DNA of 17,408 nucleotides, from contig JAZDLX010000150.1 in assembly GCA_043801585.1 (NCBI GenBank), forward strand, positions 1-17,408. The letters are read 5' to 3'. A program made the position numbers and the translations under genes. The notes below the pieces were generated by a model. That model made no database searches. It saw only the letters and a list, made by a program, of their open reading frames with translations, and was not told the DNA's origin. Below, piece after piece: positions 7,514 through 14,382 of this stretch; the stretch's first letter is position 1, and the number at the start of each line of letters is the position of its first letter. The DNA comes from a bacterium. Its GTDB lineage: Bacteria > Electryoneota > Electryoneia > Electryoneales > Electryoneaceae.

Positions 7514-7834
7514 TCAATTGGCCTCATCCATCGAAGCCATGAGTTCATCTCCACCCCCACCGAAAAGACGTCCCCGAGAGTCAGGACGGGGCAACGGTGA
7601 TCTGCAACTTCTCTCCACGTCTCGACATAGCTCTTCGTTGCGGGTTCTTCGAACTTTCTTGCTTTCCTAACCTCTGTGGCTGCCTGCTCTTGTCAGCATC
7701 TCTCAGTGCGAAATAACTTGCTGTGGGGGAGCGAGCTGACCCTTCCTTCTCATACAACGGCAACCCTTCCGCCGTGTCATCCCGGGCAGCATGACTCCGA
7801 ACCCATTGCTCTTTGTCATCAGCCGGCGAGGATC

Positions 7835-9454
7835 ATGAGCGCAAAGAAAAACTCCACGACCTCACGGAAGACCCGTTCGGCTCCCCGCAGCGCCGCCGCT
7901 GTCGCCCGGCAGGCCCTCGAACGGGAGAAGGAGCGACAAAAAAACACTCGAAAGGGCAGAACCTCCTCCGCGGCTGGAGAAAAAGCCGCAGCAAAAACAG
8001 AGACTTCACCAATCACCCTTCAGGAAAGGGTGTCCCTGTCCCTCTTCCCGACCAACGGGTCCACGCCCGGAAATGGGCATTCATCACCGTCCATCACGGC
8101 GCGTCCCAGAAAACATCAACAGCGCAAGATCGCCCCTAAACTGTTCGTCCTCGACACCAACGTCCTGCTTCACGATCCGACTGCATTGAAGCGTTTCGAG
8201 GAGAACGACCTGATCATTCCGATCACCGTGCTCGAGGAAGTGGACAAGTTTAAAAAGGGGCCGGACCTTCTCAATTACCATGCCCGTGAAATCACCCGTC
8301 AACTGGATGAAATCGCCCGGGCGGGCGGGTTGACAAGCGATGAGGGCGCACCGCTCGGGGAAAATCTTGGAACCCTGCGCGTTGTCGTCGGAGGCAGTCT
8401 TCACCCGTCAATACAAAACGTCTTTCTCGGTGACAGCCCGGACCATCGCATCCTCTCCACGGCCTGCAAGGTTCGCGACAGCCACCCGGACCGTGATGTC
8501 GTACTGATCAGCAAGGATGTCTCGCTGCGGCTGAAAGCCCGCTCCCTCGGGATGGCCGCCGAAGACTACGAAAGCGATAAGGCTCCGGACCCGGACAAGC
8601 TGTACAAGGGCCGTTTCGAACTCAGCGGTCTCGAAGGTTCCCTGATCGACCGCTTCTACCAGCCGCCCTACATGGTGCCGCAGGAGGAGATTCTCACCGA
8701 AAATCCGCTGGCGAACTCCTTCTGGGTGCTGAAAGGTGAAGGCAAGAGCGCTCTCGCCAAATACGATCCCCGGGAGAAGGCGCTGATCCGGGTTGAAAAA
8801 CGTCCCGCCTACGGGATCATGCCGCGCAACAGCGAACAGACCTTCGCGCTCGACGCTCTGCTGAACCCCGACATCCAACTCGTGACTCTCTCGGGCAAGG
8901 CCGGCACGGGCAAAACCCTGCTCGCTCTCGCCGGTGCGCTCGAGGCACGGCGCAAGTACGAGCAGGTGTACCTGGCGAGGCCGGTGATTCCGCTCGGACG
9001 TCAGGAGATCGGCTACCTGCCCGGCGATATCAAGGAGAAACTTGACCCTTACATGCAGCCGTTGTGGGACAACCTCGGCGTCATCCGCAGCCTCTACAAG
9101 CACACCGACCCAGCCTACCAGAAGATTCAACAGATGCTTGAAACGGAGAAGCTGAAAATCAATGCATTGGCGTACATCCGGGGTCGCAGCCTGAACCGGA
9201 TTTTCTTCATCGTGGACGAGGCGCAGAACCTCACCGGGCATGAAGTCAAGACGATCATCACGCGCGCCGGCGAGGGAACGAAAGTTGTCCTCACCGGCGA
9301 TCCGCACCAGATCGACAGCCCCTACCTCGACAGCCGCTCGAACGGACTGACACGACTGATCGACCGGATGAAGGGGCAGGATCTCTACGCCCACGTCACT
9401 CTTGAGAAAGGAGAGCGCAGCCGCCTGTCCGACATCGCCTGCGATCTGCTTTAA
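7835..9454 (+). CDS. PIN-PhoH (PhoH2/YlaK-type) ATPase with N-terminal PIN domain
   Basis: PIN motifs FVLDTNVLLHDP, VLEEVDKFK, DHRIL and SKDVSLRLKA. Walker A GKAGTGKT, IGYLPG, YIRGRS, Walker B IVDEAQN, TRAGEG, GDPHQID. Start at ATG 7835 follows GAGGA. Confidence 0.93.
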   Translation: MSAKKNSTTSRKTRSAPRSAAAVARQALEREKERQKNTRKGRTSSAAGEKAAAKTETSPITLQERVSLSLFPTNGSTPGNGHSSPSITARPRKHQQRKIAPKLFVLDTNVLLHDPTALKRFEENDLIIPITVLEEVDKFKKGPDLLNYHAREITRQLDEIARAGGLTSDEGAPLGENLGTLRVVVGGSLHPSIQNVFLGDSPDHRILSTACKVRDSHPDRDVVLISKDVSLRLKARSLGMAAEDYESDKAPDPDKLYKGRFELSGLEGSLIDRFYQPPYMVPQEEILTENPLANSFWVLKGEGKSALAKYDPREKALIRVEKRPAYGIMPRNSEQTFALDALLNPDIQLVTLSGKAGTGKTLLALAGALEARRKYEQVYLARPVIPLGRQEIGYLPGDIKEKLDPYMQPLWDNLGVIRSLYKHTDPAYQKIQQMLETEKLKINALAYIRGRSLNRIFFIVDEAQNLTGHEVKTIITRAGEGTKVVLTGDPHQIDSPYLDSRSNGLTRLIDRMKGQDLYAHVTLEKGERSRLSDIACDLL

Positions 9455-9467
9455 ATGAACGACCGAA

Positions 9468-9515
9468 AAGGGGACACATACCTTTTTGCTTCGTAAAAAG
9501 AGAACATGTCCCCTT
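9468..9515. terminator. Interrupted palindrome just after phoH (terminator or REP-like hairpin)
   Basis: Outer arms AAGGGGACA/TGTCCCCTT; inner arms CTTTTTGC-ttc-GTAAAAAG. Confidence 0.55.
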
Positions 9516-9568
9516 ATTGGTCATCAACAGTGATATCAACCAGGAGGATCATCCAGGGTTCCTTGAGG

Positions 9569-9679
9569 GTGTCATCCACCAGCGATCCCGACGCTTCGGG
9601 ATCGCGCGGTGATCTCCTATTGCTTTGTACTTCCTTTGAAGATTGCCGCGTACCGACAAGTCGGTACTGGCAATGACAC
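9569..9679. repeat. Inverted doublet of GTCAT-type REP-like palindromic units
   Basis: Ends are GTGTCAT...ATGACAC. The units read AGAT-TGCCGCG-[hairpin]-CTGGCA-ATGACAC (+, 9640-9679) and AGAT-CACCGCG-[hairpin]-CTGGTG-GATGACAC (-, 9615-9569). Confidence 0.65.
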
Positions 9680-9689
9680 TGAATTGAAA

Positions 9690-9722
9690 CCCGGGAAATG
9701 GACCTTCGGTCCACATCCCGGG
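9690..9722 (-). terminator. Strong hairpin, likely xerD operon terminator
   Basis: Minus strand CCCGGGA-tg-TGGACC-gaa-GGTCCA-tt-TCCCGGG followed by TTTCAATT, about 95 nt past the xerD stop. Confidence 0.5.
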
Positions 9723-9817
9723 CCACCCGACGACCTTTCCAGAATCGCGACGTTTCTTCAGGTGAAAAACCCCGTAGAAAGCAGAAGAAGTCCGTTTTCG
9801 TTCAGACGTTCTGATGA

Positions 9818-10732
9818 TCAGGCGCGGGGATGATGTTCGGCGTGGACACGTTTCAACACGGCCCGCTCCAGGTGGGTGTAAATCTGCGTTGTCGAGATGT
9901 CGGCGTGGCCCAGCATCTCCTGCACCGCCCGCAGATCGGCGCCCGCCTCGACGAGATGGGTCGCAAACGTATGCCGGAAAACGTGTGGCGTTACCTCGAC
10001 TCGCACCTTCGCCGCGGCAGCATAGCGTGAAACCAGAATGTTCAGCATCTGCCGAGTGAGGGGACGGCCGTTACGCGAGAGAAACAGGGTGTGCCTGTCC
10101 CGGCCAAGCCCTTTCGAAAGGTGATCGCGGATTCCACCGCCGAGGTACTCGTCACGCACCCAATGGATCGCCTCTTCGCCGATCGGGACGACGCGCTCCT
10201 TGCTCCCTTTTCCGAAAACGCGCAGAAGTCCCTCCTCCCAGAGTGCATCGGTCGTTTTCAGCGTCACCAGTTCGCTGGCACGAAGCCCGCACGCCCAGAG
10301 CAGCTCCAGCATCGCCCTGTCACGAATTCCCAATGGCGTCCGCACATCGGGCGATTCCACCAGACGCTCAGCCTCCTCGACGGTCAGGTAAACCGGGAGC
10401 TTTCGTTGTGAACGATTGATCTTCAGGTGAGTGGTTGGATCTTTTTTCGAGAGATTCTCGCGCACGAGAAATTTGTGGAAATGGCGCATCGCGCTCGCCG
10501 CCCGGGCGACTGTGGCATCCGCGAGCCCCAGGCCACGAAGGGTTTTCAGGTGGGCGGTGACATGTTCCCTGGTCACATCGTCGGGTTCACTGACTCCACG
10601 ATTCGCCATGTCCTGCAGATACCGCTCCAGGTCCCGGCGGTAGGCGTCGGCGGTGTTGTCGCTGTAGGAACGCTCCAGCCGAAGATGAGCAAGGAATTCT
10701 TCCAACTCATCATTCAAAACCTGAGCGCTCAC
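9818..10732 (-). CDS. xerD: Site-specific tyrosine recombinase XerD
   Basis: SDNTADAYRRDL, RDRAMLELLWACGLRASEL, GKGSKERVVP, TPHVFRHTFATHL, GADLRAVQEMLGHADISTTQIYTH and C-terminal HHPRA. Confidence 0.93.
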   Translation of the reverse strand: MSAQVLNDELEEFLAHLRLERSYSDNTADAYRRDLERYLQDMANRGVSEPDDVTREHVTAHLKTLRGLGLADATVARAASAMRHFHKFLVRENLSKKDPTTHLKINRSQRKLPVYLTVEEAERLVESPDVRTPLGIRDRAMLELLWACGLRASELVTLKTTDALWEEGLLRVFGKGSKERVVPIGEEAIHWVRDEYLGGGIRDHLSKGLGRDRHTLFLSRNGRPLTRQMLNILVSRYAAAAKVRVEVTPHVFRHTFATHLVEAGADLRAVQEMLGHADISTTQIYTHLERAVLKRVHAEHHPRA

Positions 10733-11433
10733 CCACTCCTCCCGTTCAATCCCAATCGCAACGTGGTGTCCAGAGCGATCAATCGCCGTTCGAGTGTGGC
10801 GCGAAATTCCTCCATCTTCTCCTCGTTCGCATTGCGGGGGACAACCAATGGTTCCGCAAAACCAAACCGGACTCGCGAAAACAGAAGAGGCAGTTCATGG
10901 CGGTCCCAATTGGGAAACCTGTAGGACAGAGACCCCGCAGCCAACGCTGGCACGATCGGCACACCGGCAAGTTTCGCTATTGAAATGACTCCGGATTTGA
11001 CAACTTTTGCTGGACCTTCCGGTCCATCCACGACCGTGCCGACATCCCTTCCCTGTTTCAGCGCACGGACACTCGCTCTCAGACCTTCCGTAGATTGATG
11101 ACCGCTCGATCCACGCACCAGGCCGTAGCCCAATCCACTGAGCCACCTGGCGATGAGCTCCCCCTCCCAGACAGGCGAAACGAGTCCGACGACTCCCTGG
11201 TCACGCATCGTGAACACAAATCCCGCCAGGCTGCCGTGCCAGGTCGCCAGCAGAATTCCGCGGTTCTTCCGTCTCGCGGTTGCCAGATGTTCCTGTCCCG
11301 AAACCTGCAGGTTCCATGAATTTCCCCACGCGCGAAAAGCTGGGGCTATGAGGGTTTCCATTATGCTTGGCAATGCCGTCCAGAGAATCCCTGAAGGCTG
11401 ACCGTGCAGTTGAGTATCTTCGCTCACCGTCAT
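10729..11433 (-). CDS. DUF374 / lysophospholipid acyltransferase family protein
   Basis: ILLATWHG, VS..EGELIA, GYGLVRGSS, VDGPEGP, KSGVISIAKLAGVPIVP, NWDR..LP. GTGA overlap with xerD. Confidence 0.88.
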   Translation of the reverse strand: MTVSEDTQLHGQPSGILWTALPSIMETLIAPAFRAWGNSWNLQVSGQEHLATARRKNRGILLATWHGSLAGFVFTMRDQGVVGLVSPVWEGELIARWLSGLGYGLVRGSSGHQSTEGLRASVRALKQGRDVGTVVDGPEGPAKVVKSGVISIAKLAGVPIVPALAAGSLSYRFPNWDRHELPLLFSRVRFGFAEPLVVPRNANEEKMEEFRATLERRLIALDTTLRLGLNGRSG

Positions 11434-11668
11434 TCGCTTCCGTTTTCAAGTCCCGTGTCCATGCAGCCTACGTCAAGATGCAGTACGGTTCTCCGCGGCG
11501 CAACCATTCACCGGATTGCGGCTCATCCTGCCGATATCGGAGGATTTTGCCTGTCTGAACAACCAAATGGTATCACCGGGAAAGAGTATAATCATCAAAA
11601 CACCAACACAATCCCTTAATAAACAGTAATAAATAAAACATGCTTTGGCAATGCGACAATTCCGGAAA

Positions 11669-11684
11669 TGGCATAAGGGTTGCG
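11669..11684 (+). promoter_or_regulatory. sigma-54 (-24/-12) promoter of flgB
   Basis: TGGCATAAGGGTTGCG has exact GG-N10-GC spacing. An AT-rich tract lies upstream (~11580-11640) and a GGGAGG RBS at 11706-11711. Confidence 0.75.
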
Positions 11685-11716
11685 TTTGGATGTGCGGATA
11701 AAACCGGGAGGCCACT

Positions 11717-12154
11717 ATGCCGGAAAACAAAGTTTACGAATTCATCTTTCGGCGTCTGGACGGAATGATCCCGCTGCGCAAGGGTCTGGACGCCTATGCC
11801 ATGCGCCAGAAAGCGATTGCGTCCAACATCGCGAACTCCGAAACTCCGGGGTACGTCGCTAAGAAGGTCTCTTTTGAAGAGCAGCTCTCGAAAGTACTCA
11901 GCAAACAGAGCAGCGGATTGATCAGAACCTCCGGCGACCACATCCCGATTCGCGGTGGTCTTCGTGCGATGGACAATGTACAGGCCATAGTTGAGGATGC
12001 CGGTACGCCTGCCAATTACAACGGTGTCAATAACGTGGACATCGAGAAAGAGATGGGCGAACTGGCGACCAACCAGATCGATTTCGCCGCAGCGACCAAG
12101 ATTATGGGGATCCGTTTCAGAATGATCAAAAGCGCCATCATGGGTCATAGTTGA
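11717..12154 (+). CDS. flgB: Flagellar basal-body rod protein FlgB
   Basis: LDAYAMRQKAIASNIANSETPGYVAKKVSFEEQL, RTSGDHI, NNVDIEKEMGELATNQI and IKSAI. Confidence 0.95.
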   Translation: MPENKVYEFIFRRLDGMIPLRKGLDAYAMRQKAIASNIANSETPGYVAKKVSFEEQLSKVLSKQSSGLIRTSGDHIPIRGGLRAMDNVQAIVEDAGTPANYNGVNNVDIEKEMGELATNQIDFAAATKIMGIRFRMIKSAIMGHS

Positions 12155-12176
12155 TCAATCGCATCGCCGATTTACA

Positions 12177-12218
12177 TAAAAAACGCACGACTCCATCCTT
12201 GGAATCGTGCGTTTTTAT
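12177..12218. terminator. Bidirectional intrinsic terminator between flgB and the dtxR/mntR gene
   Basis: AAAAA-CGCACGA-ctcc-atcctt-ggaa-TCGTGCG-TTTTT between convergent genes. Confidence 0.85.
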
Positions 12219-12234
12219 ACGGCAATCAAAATCT

Positions 12235-12699
12235 TTACGAATTCTCTATCCCGGAGTGGAACGCTTTCAGGAATCCCTTGTAATCGTTACCGTTCACTTC
12301 CGTCTGGCGAAGGAAATCCAGAAACAGTTCGAAGCGTTGGGTGGTTTCATCGCTGATCAGATGCTCCACCTTGCACGCATCGTCTTCCGCCTGCTCTTCG
12401 TTTAACCTGAGAATATCCGTAAAAAAAGAGCGTAACAGCTTGTGCCTGCGATAGATCTCCTCTGCTGTGTGACGGCCTTTGTCTGTCAGTTCGATGTCTC
12501 CGTACTTCTGATGGAGAACCAGGCCTCGATCCTGCAGAACCGAGAGAGCTTCGGTAACTGATGGTTTTGAGACTCCCATGGCGTCGGCAATGTTCTTAAC
12601 CTTCGCGGTCAGCCCTTCGATGTCCTGGAGGTAGATCGTCTCCAGGTAATCCTCCATGTTCGGGCTGAGATCCGACTGCCTTGGCTTGTGAGGTGACAT
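12235..12699 (-). CDS. DtxR/MntR-family metal-dependent repressor (short form, no FeoA domain)
   Basis: LSPNMEDYLETIY, IADAMGVSKPSVTEAL, YGDIELTDKG, IYRRHKLLRSFF, AEDDACKVEH. GGAGG RBS precedes ATG 12699. Confidence 0.92.
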   Translation of the reverse strand: MSPHKPRQSDLSPNMEDYLETIYLQDIEGLTAKVKNIADAMGVSKPSVTEALSVLQDRGLVLHQKYGDIELTDKGRHTAEEIYRRHKLLRSFFTDILRLNEEQAEDDACKVEHLISDETTQRFELFLDFLRQTEVNGNDYKGFLKAFHSGIENS

Positions 12700-12795
12700 C
12701 CCGTGTCCTCCGACCGAATGCGCGATCCGTCTATTTCCGCCGTGCGCGTATCCGGGATCCTCCCCCCTGCAGAGGTCCTCGAGCACAACGATGTT

Positions 12796-12827
12796 GTTTG
12801 CTTGGCCAAACGGATAGGCCAATCTAA
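12796..12827. promoter_or_regulatory. Tandem DtxR-family operator-like palindromes
   Basis: Minus strand TTAG-ATTGGC-CTAT (12827-12814) and GTTTG-GCCAAG-CAAAC (12811-12796), both with a 6-bp spacer like the 6142-6159 box. Confidence 0.6.
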
Positions 12828-12838
12828 CAATTCAATCG

Positions 12839-12867
12839 AATTTAACCCGCCAAACACCTTGAGGCAA
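12839..12867 (-). promoter_or_regulatory. sigma-70-type promoter of the second DtxR-family gene
   Basis: TTGCCT (12867-12862), 17 bp spacer, TAAATT (12844-12839). Confidence 0.6.
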
Positions 12868-12882
12868 GCACGCGCAAACTCG

Positions 12883-14382
12883 TCACGGGGCGAACTGCTC
12901 GGTTACATCCTCATCGTCCGGTATGGTGAATGCTTTGAACTCGCCTGGATTGGTCGCGGCGTCCGAAGTCAGTCGAACGAGAATTCTCTGCTGCACCATG
13001 ATGCGGTTGATTCGATTACGCAATCCACCTTCAGTCAGAAACGTATGCAGGTCGGGATGGATATTCAGACGGATACGACGTTTGCGCGTGTGGTGAACAA
13101 AACGTGCGAGCCACCGTTCCAGCTCAGTCACCACCGTTTCCTTTGAGGGAACCATCCCGGTACCGTTGCAGTGGCGGCAGGGCTCCTTGAAGGTGAACAG
13201 CAGGGAGGGTTTGATTCTCTGGCGGGTCATCACCATCAGGCCAAAATGTCCAATCGGGGCAACATCCACCTTGGCCCGATCCCGCTTCAACTCTTTTTTC
13301 ACCTCGTCATAGATCTTCTTCCGGTTCTTCTCGTCCCACATGTCGATGAAGTCGATGACGATGATGCCGCCAATGTCACGGAGGCGGAGCTGACGACAGA
13401 CTTCGCGCGCCGCACGAAGATTGACCTTCAGGCTGTTCTCTTCGTGGTTTTTCTTTCCGACGAAACGGCCGCTATTGACATCGACGGTGACCATCGCCTC
13501 GGTGTGCTCGATGACGATGTACCCTCCACCCTCGAGCCAGACCTTCCGGCGGATGCCCTTTTCGATCTCGCTCTCGATGCCTTTCTGGTCGAAAACAGGA
13601 AGGCGGTCGCGATACTGCTCCACCCGCTCGACGAGCTGAGGGCTGGTTTCTTCCAGGTAGTTGACGATGTCCTTGTAAAGTCTGCGGGAATCGACGATCA
13701 CATGATCGATGTCCGGACCGAACAGGTCACGGATCACGGATGATGCGAGGGACATTTCCTTGTAGACGAGGCCGGGAGCAGTGACTCCCCTGGAATTCTT
13801 CTGAACCTTCCGCCAGGTCGAGATCAACCTCTCGATGTCCTGCCGCAAAACGGTGTCGTCTTTCCCGGCGGCAACGGTGCGAACGATCAGTCCGAAGTCG
13901 CTGTTCTCTCCAGCGAGCTGCTGGGCGAGTTTTTTCAATCGCCGTTTTTCACGGACATCCAGAATCCTGCGGCTGACGCCGATGATCGGTTCGTTGGGCA
14001 CGAGTACGACGAAGCGGCCGGGGAGGCTGACCTGGCTGGTCACCCGTGGCCCCTTGCCGCCGATGGGTTCCTTCGTAACCTGGACGAGAATTTCCTGACT
14101 CGACTTCAGGTTGACCTGGGTTTGGCCCCGGCCGTTGTGCTCCTCCATTTCGTACAACGACCCAACGTCGTTGAAATGGAGGAAACCGTCCTGCTCCCAG
14201 CCGATATCGATAAAGGCTGCGCTGATCCCTCCGAGCACCTTGCGCACACGGCCGAGGTAGATATCGCCCACATTCCGCTCGTGCTCCGGACGTTCGACGA
14301 AGATTTCAGCGAGTTTGCCGTCTTCGAGCAGGGCAATCCGTGTCTCGGCAGTCGAGGCGTTGATGACGATTTCTTTTTTCAC
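12883..14382 (-). CDS. rng: Rne/Rng family ribonuclease (RNase G-like, catalytic domain only)
   Basis: S1 domain VGDIYLGRV..AAFIDIG; LVQVTKEPIGGKGPRVT, VDVNSG, QLRLRDIGGIIVIDFIDM, Zn-link CRHCNGTG. 499 aa with no long scaffold tail. Confidence 0.93.
   Translation of the reverse strand: MKKEIVINASTAETRIALLEDGKLAEIFVERPEHERNVGDIYLGRVRKVLGGISAAFIDIGWEQDGFLHFNDVGSLYEMEEHNGRGQTQVNLKSSQEILVQVTKEPIGGKGPRVTSQVSLPGRFVVLVPNEPIIGVSRRILDVREKRRLKKLAQQLAGENSDFGLIVRTVAAGKDDTVLRQDIERLISTWRKVQKNSRGVTAPGLVYKEMSLASSVIRDLFGPDIDHVIVDSRRLYKDIVNYLEETSPQLVERVEQYRDRLPVFDQKGIESEIEKGIRRKVWLEGGGYIVIEHTEAMVTVDVNSGRFVGKKNHEENSLKVNLRAAREVCRQLRLRDIGGIIVIDFIDMWDEKNRKKIYDEVKKELKRDRAKVDVAPIGHFGLMVMTRQRIKPSLLFTFKEPCRHCNGTGMVPSKETVVTELERWLARFVHHTRKRRIRLNIHPDLHTFLTEGGLRNRINRIMVQQRILVRLTSDAATNPGEFKAFTIPDDEDVTEQFAP

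Noticed and set aside
9514..9726. 70-aa ORF with a PilZ-like RxxxR start (DRRSISRV)
   Set aside because: It runs entirely through palindromic repeats and lacks the rest of a PilZ domain.
9818..10732. Tyrosine recombinase as the cassette's integrase
   Set aside because: It is a canonical housekeeping XerD with host-like composition, ~7 kb away and coupled to a DUF374 gene.
12700..12795. Possible yybP-ykoY Mn riboswitch in the leader of the second dtxR/mntR gene
   Set aside because: Only an AGGGGGGAG stretch resembles it; I could not find the other conserved elements.
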